Assembly (NCBI GenBank): GCA_964016885.1
Contig: OZ024742.1
Coordinates: 266,724,001-266,788,000, forward strand
Reading direction: 5' to 3'
Source: Eledone cirrhosa
Taxonomy: Eukaryota
Length of the DNA: 64,000 bases
A program made the translations under genes and the position numbers. Numbering within the stretch: the first letter of the stretch is position 1; the number at the start of each line of letters is the position of its first letter. Positions 22,283 through 32,968 of the stretch are shown in pieces. The notes beneath the pieces are model-generated. The model saw only the letters and a program-made list of their open reading frames with translations, did no database searches and was not told where the DNA came from.

Positions 22283-25051
22283 ATGACCTCACTCAGAATA
22301 GGCAGCATAAATGCGCGTGGCTTGGGGTCGTCATGGAAGCAGGGCCACCTGCTCAACGACCTCAGGTCACTAAACATAGATGTAGTGGCCATCAGCGAGA
22401 CCAGAATCTCCGAAGCACAGGCTTTCGCACCGATCTTCGGCGGCTACGATGTGTACGCATCTCCCAGCCGTCCGGGATCGGGAGGAGGAGTTGCTGTGCT
22501 TTTTCGGAGAGGTTTGGATCTTGCCATACGGGCCATCTTCCTGGACCCAGAAGGTAAGTTAGTGGTGCTGGACGTGACCAGCGGAGACGGGCAAGCTTTC
22601 AGGTTAGTGGCCGTCTATGCCCCGACAGGAGCAGGGCGGCCTGATTTCTTCCGGCGTCTGGAGACCTTTCTTGGAACGTCCCGCTCTTTAGTGTTAGTGG
22701 GCGACTGGAACGGGATCTTAGATGCACGCTGGGATTGTGTGGGATTAGTGGATAGGGAAGGAGGGTGCAAGAGTCTCACCAACCTGCTCAGACGTTTTGA
22801 ACTGTCTGACAGGTACCGAATGAATTTCCCGAATGTACCAATGTGGACTTGGACAAATCGCATAGGGTCATCCAGATCATATCTAGATAGAGTATTTTGT
22901 AGGGAAATAGATAGGTCTAGCATAGGCTGTCCACAATTCAAGATAGTCAGCTACACGGACCACAAATTCGTGATCTGTGTGCTTGACTTAGATAGGCTTC
23001 ATAGACGAGGACCCGGCTACTGGAAGCTAAACGCGTCCTTACCAGCGCGCAAGGCCTACAGAGACCGGATTAGCGAACTAGTTAAGCGGGCGTTGACGGG
23101 GGCCATCGTCAACAACAAGTGGTGGTTTGCTCTGAAAAGAGCAATTAGAATAGAGTCCATTAGGTTTAGTAAGACTTTAGCAATAGAGAAAAATAGAGCA
23201 GAGGGAGAATTAGTTAGAAAATTAGATGAGGCGCTTAGCAAAGGCATCGCGACCGACGTACTTGCGGCGAAATTGGCCCTTGACCAATTCTTCAATGCAA
23301 AGCACGAAGGCTGCGTTGTCAGAGCTAGGGTGCGTGCTCTCAGACACGAGGGGACGAAAGCCGTTCAATGGGCCCGAGTGGCGGAGGCGCGTCGTGGCAA
23401 CAAAGCCACGATCCGGTCTTTGGTGGACCACGACGGGCGCATGCTACTCGATCCCGGGCAAATGTGTGAAGCTTTTCAGCGACACTTCGCTCAACTGTTC
23501 GGGGGCAGTGGCGGGCCGGATCGAGGGATGGACTTTAGTGTCTACCTCGACGGACTGCCGCGGCTTTCGTCCACTGAGGCGGAGTGTTGCGAAAAGCCGA
23601 TAACAACCGCTGAAGTACGGGATGCAATGACTAGTTGCACAAGGGGTAAATCGCCTGGTTTGGATGGTCTGCCCTATGAACTTTACGTACAAATGCCAAA
23701 CTTGTTCGGAGGCCTCTTGGCGGACGTCTACTGCAACTGGCAACAGAACGGGAGAATTCCCAGCTCTGTGAGCCGAGGAGCGGTGGCGCTGCTGAGAAAG
23801 GATCCGAACAAGGGGGATAACATAGATAATTTTAGGCCCATAACTCTGCTAAACACAGAGTTCAAGATTTTGGCCAAGCTGCTAGCAAAGAGGTTGGCGC
23901 TTGTCGTTGGTGGTCTGGTGGGAGAGGCACAGACATGCGCCATTCCCGACAGATCCATCCACGACAACCTCCACCTCATGCGATACATCGTAGAGAGGGT
24001 AGCTAGGGAACCTGGCACGGGTGGGTCTTTGATCAATTTAGATCAGTCGAAAGCCTTCGATAGGGTCGACCATCGTTACCTAGCGGCAGTCCTGAGGGCG
24101 GCTGGCTTTGGGCCCGTCTTCAGAGGCTGGATCGCTGCCATGCACAGCGACATCTGCTCTGTAGTGAGAGTGAACGGTCACCTTTCGGAACCGTTCAACA
24201 TCATGCGCTCAGTCCGCCAAGGATGTCCCCTCTCGTCCCTATTGTACGTATTGACTCTCGAGCCATTACTGCACAAACTGGAGACGTTGAGGGGGGTCCC
24301 GCGCGAACTAGGATGCGGAAGATCCGTGTCAGCATATGCCGACGATGTCACCGTAGTGGTGTCGAACGCCAAACACATCGAGGCGATCGGCACTACACTA
24401 AGAGAATACGAAGCGGTGACAGGAGCAATGATCAACCAGGAAAAGTCAGTGGGCCTGCAGCTCGGCACCTGGAGAGGCAGGTCCATGCCGTCCAACAGCG
24501 TCGTCGGGCGCTGGACGGACGGACCGGTTAAATTGCTAGGCGTCTGGTTCGGTCCAGACCTCCAGACGGACAAAAACTGGGACGAGGTGACGAGCAGGGT
24601 GGCTTCTCTCACCCAGAAATGGGCCGAGAGGAAGCTATCCCTGAAAGGTCGAGCGGAGGTGGCGAATGCGTACATCGCATCCGTCATCTACTACCGCCTG
24701 ACCGTCGTACCTTGTCCTAAGCCCCGCCTGACTGCGCTGGAGCGTTTGCTCTTTCGCTTCTTGTGGAAGGGACGCGCTCCGATGGTCAGGCGGTCCATCT
24801 GCTGTCAACACCCGCTACGTGGAGGGCTCGGCATGCCGTGGCTGATGATGCGCAGACACGCGCTCAGGTTACGACATCTCCACCTCTTCCTCGACGGTGA
24901 TCAGGTGTGGTCGCCGTTTGCTAGACGCGTCTTTCCACAGCTCGTCTCCTTGACGCAGCTGCATTCCTGGGTCAAGCGAAGACCGAGAGGGAGCGCTTGG
25001 GGACTGGAATGTCTTCAGGCGCTCACAGCACTGACCAATCGGTCAATGTGA
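22283..25051 (+). CDS. Tx1-B ORF2 (APE endonuclease plus RT), 922 aa open; C-terminal zinc finger continues after frameshifts to ~25700
   Basis: IGSINARGL, ISET, VYAP, VGDWN, YLDR, TDHK, KSPGLDG, NFRPITLLN, DQSKAFD, QGCPLS, YADD; CPRC..HAL..C in ORF 25233-25667. Confidence 0.92.
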   Translation: MTSLRIGSINARGLGSSWKQGHLLNDLRSLNIDVVAISETRISEAQAFAPIFGGYDVYASPSRPGSGGGVAVLFRRGLDLAIRAIFLDPEGKLVVLDVTSGDGQAFRLVAVYAPTGAGRPDFFRRLETFLGTSRSLVLVGDWNGILDARWDCVGLVDREGGCKSLTNLLRRFELSDRYRMNFPNVPMWTWTNRIGSSRSYLDRVFCREIDRSSIGCPQFKIVSYTDHKFVICVLDLDRLHRRGPGYWKLNASLPARKAYRDRISELVKRALTGAIVNNKWWFALKRAIRIESIRFSKTLAIEKNRAEGELVRKLDEALSKGIATDVLAAKLALDQFFNAKHEGCVVRARVRALRHEGTKAVQWARVAEARRGNKATIRSLVDHDGRMLLDPGQMCEAFQRHFAQLFGGSGGPDRGMDFSVYLDGLPRLSSTEAECCEKPITTAEVRDAMTSCTRGKSPGLDGLPYELYVQMPNLFGGLLADVYCNWQQNGRIPSSVSRGAVALLRKDPNKGDNIDNFRPITLLNTEFKILAKLLAKRLALVVGGLVGEAQTCAIPDRSIHDNLHLMRYIVERVAREPGTGGSLINLDQSKAFDRVDHRYLAAVLRAAGFGPVFRGWIAAMHSDICSVVRVNGHLSEPFNIMRSVRQGCPLSSLLYVLTLEPLLHKLETLRGVPRELGCGRSVSAYADDVTVVVSNAKHIEAIGTTLREYEAVTGAMINQEKSVGLQLGTWRGRSMPSNSVVGRWTDGPVKLLGVWFGPDLQTDKNWDEVTSRVASLTQKWAERKLSLKGRAEVANAYIASVIYYRLTVVPCPKPRLTALERLLFRFLWKGRAPMVRRSICCQHPLRGGLGMPWLMMRRHALRLRHLHLFLDGDQVWSPFARRVFPQLVSLTQLHSWVKRRPRGSAWGLECLQALTALTNRSM

Positions 25052-25951
25052 TCGGTGGAAACTCCATCTTGGTGTTCTATAGCGGATTAGTGAAGGGGAA
25101 GAGCGACGACGTACTTGGAGAAACTCTAGGCGTCGGCGAAAATCAACTAGCCAATCTCTTCGGAAAGGACTTTCGGGCCGGCCCATTGACAACTTCCAGA
25201 AATCCCTGGCCTGGCAGTGCTACCGAGGAGCTTTGCCATTTCGGGATAAATTCTACAGGCATGGAGGTGCCGTCAGCTGGGCATGTCCGAGATGCGCGCA
25301 GGGCGACGAAACCGTCCTGCACGCACTCGTCCAGTGTCCGAGCATTGCTGACTTGTGGGTTTATGTCGAACACCTGCTGTCACGTGTAGGACCTATCCAG
25401 CTATCAGCTGAGTCCATCGTGACGATTACCCCGCCCTCTTCCTTTAGCCGGGAAGGGCAGACAGTTATTATCTGTCTGGTGGCCATGGCGAAAGAGATAG
25501 TATGGTGGACACGTTTGAAAGGGCTGAAGACGAGCACTTACCTCTTCGGTGATGCCCTGATTAACTTTTTCAAATTTCATTTGAAAAGGAAAATCAGGGT
25601 TGAGAGGGAAGTGCCCTCTTCCCAGAATTTTGTTGAAAGATGGGTGAGAGAAGCAAGTATGGCCTGAGTGAATGGGCCTACTCTGAGTATGTGTCTGTAA
25701 ATTAAAGGTGGAAAACTGGGAAAGGGCACTTGCGCTGGTGGTCAGGGTCACTGTGGCCTTTTAATGGGCTTTCTCCACAAATGTCCCGCGGAAGTCTCCC
25801 CCTATTGGGGAATTTCTCATTGTTATTTTTTTGTTACATCCTCTGTTTTTGTTTTTTTTACACTCAGAAATGCCCATTTGCACCGTCCTGTATTGTCCTG
25901 TACTGTCCTTAATGTCAACTTTATGTAAACCCTTGTGGTTAATAAAGAAAG

Positions 25952-25997
<46 letters not shown>

Positions 25998-25999
<2 letters not shown>

Positions 26000-26066
26000 A
26001 AGTACCAGTAATGTACTGGATAATTGGTAGCCTTGTGCCAAAAGTAGAAACAATTATTATTATTAT
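25998..26066 (+). mobile_element. 5'-truncated SINE attached to the Tx1-B tail
   Basis: aaagtaccagtaatgtactggataattggtagccttgtgccaaaagtagaaacaatt(att)n. Confidence 0.85.
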
Positions 26067-26249
26067 GCTTAATCACGTTTATATCTATATACCTATTTAT
26101 TTTTATCCTTACTTTTTTCTAGAACCCTTAAAAAACAATCTTATTTTCTTGATACACACATACACACCCACCCACCACAGCACAAAAGAGTAATTCTATA
26201 TCCACACCTAAAGGGACCTTTCAACATCACTTTAACACCCCCATACACA

Positions 26250-26790
26250 TTAAAAACACCAGCTGGGGTTTCGTCGTGGCGTTGAGAAGGAAGCTGGGTA
26301 GCCGTTAATCTCTAGTACCCTGTGGAATCGTCTGATATGGGTGGCTCTATTAGCAGCGTCACTGCATCGGTTGCGTATGCGAGCCATTTCGTTGAAGATG
26401 TACCCTCTTTTAGAGCTGTTGCGGAGGGCAGATCTGCAATGCACAAACAGGTCTCTGCTGGCCGTTTTCTGGTAGAAATCAGTGTGTATCAAGTACAGTG
26501 AGGTACCCGGAGTCGGTGAGATGTTCGATGCTGAACATGATGTTATTGTCAACATTGTTGAAAGAGTCGAAAACCTCGTTGGCATTCTCCTTGGTGGATA
26601 TGAGAATGAGTATATCATCCACATATCTAGTGAAGAAAGCGCAAGTTTCGCAGGCGCTGAGTACTCGGTGTTCAAGCCTGTTCATATATGAAATGGCCAG
26701 TAAACCCAAGAGGCTGGATCCCATGGGCAGTCTGTCGGAAGGTTTGCCCCAGGAAGTTGAAAAAAGCGTTGTTTACAAACATGGATAGGA
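26250..26790 (-). mobile_element. Penelope-like element RT/thumb fragment
   Basis: MGSSL..LA..YM..LE, FTRYVDDIL, FN...I.F.IE, FYQK....F.H..SA, RI...CS, NGYP. Confidence 0.85.
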
Positions 26791-27169
26791 GCTGGTGGAT
26801 GTCGGTGGTGGTGAGGCTGAAACAATCCAAGTCGCTGAAACCGAACATTCAGTGAGTATGTCCACTGCCGGGAGTGCAGTGGACATACATATTCGCACAT
26901 ATCTTTCACTACATAAACTAACATTCGTGCACACACATACACACATCTCACTAAGCACACTTACATTCGCGCGCACACATGCATATATCATAGATTTCAC
27001 AACGCGCAAGTTAGACATTTTAACGTCTTTTCATTTCATTTAACTTAAATCTGCTCTCCAAACAAGTTTCTCAAGGATACTCCCTTGATAATGAGTTTTA
27101 CACCCGAAAATATTTAGGATCATTAAATTTGCTAAAGTAAGATTCTTTGCTTTGCTTTGCGTGCATCTC

Positions 27170-28135
27170 AGACAGGACCATCTAACTGCACTTCCGTGCA
27201 CTGCAAAGCGAGGGATTTCTGGAAGTCATCCATAGTCCCCGGCTCGAAAGTCCTCCGGAACTAACTGGTCAGATCTATTTCGTTGATGCCAAGAGCCTCT
27301 CCAAACTTGTTCAATATTGATCCTCTATAGAACTCTAGAGTGGAATTTCCGCTGACCGCATTGCCAGCCTGGCTGAGGGCAGTGAGCGCCTGGCAACATT
27401 CCAGATGCCAAGCACCCAATCTTGGTCACTTCCTGACTAGGACTGCAGCTCAGTCAAAGAGACAAGCTGCGGAAAGGTTTGTCTCCCAAACGGTAACCAC
27501 ACCTGTTCCACGTTTAAAATTATCTGAAGAACTCGTAGTCTAAGCGCATGTTTCCACATAATCAGTCACGGCATGCCCATCCATTCACACAGAAGGTACT
27601 GGAAGCAGATGGACCACCTTACTAAAAGAACCTGTCCATTTCGCGAGACGTTGAAGAGGAGTCGTTACAATTTGGTGAGGTGCAAACAGGGGGAGGAAAC
27701 CACGGCCAGGGCGGTAATAGATGATAAAATGATGTACGCTCGGCTCGACCTTTCAGGCCTATTTCCGTTCTCTCATCCCAGTCCTTATCCGGCTGGAAGT
27801 TTGGTCTAAACCAGAGCAACTTCACTGGTCTGTCCGTTCAGCGTCCGACGGTGTTGTTGAACTGCATGGTTTGCCACTCCAGTACCGAGCTGCAAACCCA
27901 CTGACTTTTCCAGGTTCAGTATTCCTCCCATCAACCTTTTATATTTCTCTATGAAGGTACCGACTACATCGATTTCCGAGGTCTTCGACACCATCACGGT
28001 GATGTCGTCCACATATACCGACGCAGCCGTTTCACGTCCCGGTTCAAGCGGGATGCCGTACATCAGATCCACCTTCCGCAGTAAGAGCTCCCAGTTGCAG
28101 TAGACCGTTTTGAGGAGATCGGAAAACAAGTTTGG
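27170..28135 (-). mobile_element. Old Tx1 ORF2 fragment
   Basis: YCNW, SVYVDDITV, LEKSVGLQLGT, GLMDDFQKSL-like motifs, homologous to Tx1-A/B. Confidence 0.85.
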
Positions 28136-28159
28136 AATTATCTACATAAAATTAAGCAG

Positions 28160-28570
28160 AAGTGATAAATAGTATGAACACCAACCTGAAATGGTTGCTG
28201 AAAATGAACACTATAAATACTTGTGGCACATGACCATCCAGTGCGACCATTTTGTCGTGGCTAGAAAGCCTGACATTGTTGTCGTTGGAAGGATGAACGA
28301 GGCATGTATTGTGGATATTGCTTCACTGTGGGACTACAGGGTGAATGAGAAGGAAAGTGAGAAAGTTGAGAAATACTAGGAACTGAAGAGGGAAATCAGG
28401 AAACTGAAGAGAACCAGACACATAGATGTGGTACCGATTGTGGTTGGTTCACTGGAAGCAGTTAGTAGAAGGTTGGATGTATGGCTTGATAAGCTAAGAA
28501 TCCTACCAGGACAGGATTGTTGGAGAAAATAGTCTTGCTGGGAACAGCAAGAATTCTAGGAGGGATTAGC
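28160..28570 (+). mobile_element. Dong/R4 RLE 3' fragment
   Basis: YEHQPE..ENE..K.LW..IQCD...RKPDIVV..IVDIA..EKVEKY..LK.EI..VVPIVVGSL..LLGTARIL. Confidence 0.85.
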
Positions 28571-28574
28571 CGAA

Positions 28575-29560
28575 GAGATAAGTGTGTCTTCACTCCTTTC
28601 AACCCCATCTACCAAAGAACCTCTTTCGCTATAGCCACCAGGCAGAGGAGAACTGCATGCCCTTCCCAGCCAAAAGGAATGCGGAGGGGTGATCTTCACT
28701 ATGGATTCGGTCGATAGCTGGATGCGTCACACAACCGATAAGAGCTGTTCGATATAACTACAAATCAGTAATGCACAGAGACTTGACGAGTACGTGCAGA
28801 ATGGTTTTCTCGCTTTGCGCATCACGGGCAGGTCCACCTGACCGCACTTCTGTGCCTGCAGATTTTCTCTCGAACCGGCAGCGCCCCGCGGTAGCACTGC
28901 AAAGGGAGGGATTTCTAGAAGTCATCCATAGTCCCAGCTTGAAAGTCCTCCGGAACAGACTGGTCAGTCCCATTTCGTCGACGCCCAGCGCCTCTCCAGG
29001 AGCATCGTCGAACTTGCCCATTCCCAGTCCTCGATAGAACTCCTGAGTGAAATTTCTACTGACCGCATTTCCCGCCTGGTAGAAGGAAGTGAGTGCCTGA
29101 AAAAGTTCCAGATATGCCAGGCAGCCAGTCTCGGTCTCTTCTTAACCTAGAGCTGCAGCTCGGTTAAAGAAACGAGCTGCGGAAAGGCCTCTCTCAGAAA
29201 CGGCGACTACATGTTCACTGTTTAAGAATATCTGAAGAGGCCGTAGCCTTAGCGCATGTTTGCGAATCATTAGCCATGGCATGCCCAGTCCTTCACGTAG
29301 AGGGTGCTGACAGCCGATGGACCGTCTCACCAATGGAATCGGTCGCTTCCACAAAATCGGAAGAGCAGCCGTTCCAATTTGGTGAGGTGCGAACTGGGGT
29401 TAGTGACGAGGGTAGGCGGTAGTAGTTGACGGGCGCAATGTACGGATTCACCACCTCGGCTCGATCTTTTACGGATATCTTTCTCTCGGCTTATTTCTTA
29501 ATGAGTGAGTGTAGCTACCCTGTGTGTTACCACGTCCCAGTTCTTATCCACCTGGAGATC
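28575..29560 (-). mobile_element. Old Tx1 ORF2 C-terminal fragment
   Basis: QHPLREGLGMPWLMIRKHALRLR; GKFDD..GEALGVDE; HVLVKS..ITDL. Confidence 0.85.
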
Positions 29561-29723
29561 AACAAGAAAAACAGCTGTCACAGGATAAACATGCAGAAGA
29601 TTCATTAGTCGGACGGTGTATTAAGTGTACATATACCAGTAAAATATATTTCTCACTTTATAAACCGCACTGCCAAAAATAGAAATAATATGTGACAGTA
29701 ACGAAATTATATATAACTTTTAC

Positions 29724-30116
29724 CTTATCCATATAGTAAATTGCAACATATAAATGGATACAAAAATATAAGACAAATATAGGTTTCTGCAGTTGCTGTT
29801 TCTGTCTTTGTTGTTCTTGTCATTGTTACTGTTGTTATCGCTGGTGTGTCCTGTAAATATTAACATTTAATTATATAATACAGCAACTGACTGCCACCTG
29901 AATATTTTCGATGATGTAATAAACAGCTTTCCAGCCTGGAACAGGCAATTATCCTCCATCGCTCAACATTCCTCTTTTCGATCAAAACTGGCAGCCATCT
30001 TGAAACAACAATTCAACCAGTTCCTCTCTTTTTTCCTCTTCATTTTCTGTCTCTTCTCTCTGCTGTCTGAAACATCTCCCCCTCCTTTCTGAATCACTCT
30101 GCTGTATCGTCCGTTC
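29724..30116 (-). other. Candidate host-gene exon (5' UTR plus short hydrophobic N-terminal coding part)
   Basis: Strong acceptor (T)nCCTCAG| at 30117 and donor AG|GTAAAA at 29723. ATG at 29866 gives MLIFTGHTSDNNSNNDKNNKDRNSNCRNLYLSYIFVSIYMLQFTIWI. YY1-like CAAGATGGCTGC near 29995. No homology recognised. Confidence 0.25.
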
Positions 30117-31140
30117 CTGAGGAAAAAAAAACAAAACTTTAATCTTACATTCGGTAAGCCCCCCCCCCAACACATACATACACAAATACACATACAAACA
30201 CACACACACATGCATATATATATATATATATATATACATATATAAAGAGAGAGAAAGGGAGAGAAAGAGAGAGGGGGAGTGAGAGGGGAGAGAGGGAAAG
30301 AAAGAGAAATGGAGGGGGGGCGAAAATGGGGAAGGGTATATAATCTATTTACGAGTCATTATAGACATTCAGTTTATATTTCAAATTCCCTTAATTTAGA
30401 GTTTCACTCCGGATCGCTAACTTCGTATTTTGCTTTAGTCATTCACTCACCTTATGGTTTTGACTCTCTCCCACTCTCTCTAAGCCACTTTAACTCACTT
30501 GATCTCGATCCATTACAGTCTCTATCTCTCAATCTCACTCAACCTCTCTCTCGATATATTTTACACTGTCATGTGATAGAGAAATTTTGATTTCTATGTA
30601 ATCCCAAGTGTCTCCTAGAAGGACGCCATGATAACTACATATGCCAAATCTGCAAGCGGGCTATTACGATGAAGTGGGCTAAAACAGCAAAGGCACCAAC
30701 ACTTCCAACATGGATTGTACAATTCAGAGAGACAAACATACCCAATATACCCAGGGTAAGTTCCACCCACTAAACGCAAGCATCCACCTCCCCTCACACA
30801 CAAATAAAATATGTATATATGTATATGTATGCATATATATATATATTGTTATAATATTGCCAGAAATAATAACAGAACACACTCACTGCAAAACAAATAT
30901 ATATATATATCAGAGCAAACAGCACGGACACTCTATCTCAAAATTATTTTTGAAAAGCATTTAGAAATGCGCAACCGGTAAAAACTTAAAAACTTAAAAC
31001 CACAACTGAATACTAACCCATACAATCACTAATACTCTTTTATTCCTAATTAAACCATTTTTCAACTGTGAACAATTTGTCAGCATTTTCTATTCCGTTT
31101 ACCAATATATAATAACTTGTGTGTTACATCTCTATTCTTT

Positions 31141-31189
<49 letters not shown>

Positions 31190-31414
31190 GTTCACATACA
31201 ATATACATATATGTGTATGTGTGTGTAAGTGTGTGTGTATGTGTGTGTAAGTGTGTGTGTATGTGTGTGTGTATGTGGGCGTATGTGATTTTCCACTATC
31301 AGTTTGCTGATTACAGTACAATTTTACTTTGAGCACCAGCTTCTAGGGATTTTGTCTTTTGTCGGTCATAAGTAACTGTATATAGTTCTGTGTGGTATTA
31401 ATTTTATGAAACTA

Positions 31415-31600
31415 CGGTGGATTGGCAGTATCGGTAGAGGGTCGGACGCCATGCTTTCAAGCATAGTTACGTCCCTTTACGATCTGAGTTCAAATCCCGC
31501 CGAGGTTGACTTTGCCTTTCATCCTTACGGGGTCGATAAAATAAAGTACCAGTAATGCACTGGGTATTTGATGCCCTTGTGCCTAAAGTAGAAGCAATTA
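31415..31600 (+). mobile_element. SINE copy with probable TSD
   Basis: Same family; ttaattt(t/a)atgaaacta repeated on both sides. Confidence 0.92.
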
Positions 31601-31814
31601 ATTTAATGAAACTACACATTCAATATCTAAGTAATCCATTCCACACAACACCGATAAACATAAACGTGCACACGGAAATAACAGATATAAAAAATATATT
31701 GAGTACTGGCAGTCTGTGCGTCTATATGTGTTTTTTTGTCTTGTTATATCTGTTTCTGTGTCTCTCTATCTCTCTCTCTACTCCGCTCTTTCGCTCTCAC
31801 TATATGCATACATG

Positions 31815-31819
31815 CACAC

Positions 31820-31850
<31 letters not shown>

Positions 31851-31872
31851 TATATACTTATATATACATATA

Positions 31873-31937
<65 letters not shown>

Positions 31938-31960
31938 TTATATATACATATATGTATATT
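31815..31960. repeat. (AT)n microsatellite
   Basis: Direct reading. Confidence 0.95.
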
Positions 31961-32544
31961 CGATGGACTTCTCCATAGTTTCTATCTAGCTGTTGGATAT
32001 CTAGAAGCTACTTTAAAATCTCACACTCAAGGTGTCATGCAGTTTGATTGAACCGAGAACCCTATGCTTGTAAAAGGGTTCTCTTGAACAACCGACTGTT
32101 GTTGCGTGTGTTTGTATTTTCGTGTGTCTGTATTTTTTGTGTGTTTATATATGTGTGTATGGGGGTGGGGTGGGGGAGAGAAAGGTATTCGTTGCAGAAT
32201 AGATCAGAATATAAATGAGAAGATTAAACATTGCGTAAAACAGAAATATATTTTATATGAGACTCTGTTCGGACATGTTATATGAGTCTCTTTTCAGATA
32301 GTTAATACATTTCTATTACAGAGTCTTTGCATTTTAGTATGAAAGGAGAAAACGTTTTTACTTAAAAAATCTCCTAACAGCTACAGAACCTTTGCCGAAA
32401 AATGTATTTTATTACAAGATATGTGGCTCAATAAAATCTCAGAAACATACTGGAGTGGACGTAGCAATGAAAATATAATATATGTAAGAAGGCACACACA
32501 TACACATGCACTATTTTTATGTATGCTTACATATATCATGCGGG

Positions 32545-32579
32545 TATATATATATATATGTCTTCAATTTTATTATTAT

Positions 32580-32619
<40 letters not shown>

Positions 32620-32677
32620 AGAGAGAGAGATACATATATATATATACATATATATATATATACATATATATATACAT

Positions 32678-32726
<49 letters not shown>

Positions 32727-32742
32727 TATACATACACACACA

Positions 32743-32784
<42 letters not shown>

Positions 32785-32807
32785 TATACATACACACACA
32801 CACACAC

Positions 32808-32853
<46 letters not shown>

Positions 32854-32885
32854 CATACACACACACACACACATACACACACACA

Positions 32886-32967
<82 letters not shown>

Positions 32968-32968
32968 A
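32545..32968. repeat. Compound (AT)n/(AC)n microsatellite
   Basis: Direct reading. Confidence 0.95.

Larger units (their letters stand above)
20057..25997 (+). mobile_element. L1/Tx1-clade LINE, family B, full length and nearly intact
   Basis: 5' leader, ORF1, ORF2, 3' UTR, AATAAA and (TTA)n tail; 5' flank is (TTA)n. Confidence 0.95.

Noticed and set aside
4450-26790. One Penelope element split by the retroelement train
   Set aside because: Order and strand fit, but the RT and endonuclease pieces look like different PLE subgroups and unrelated sequence separates them from the train.
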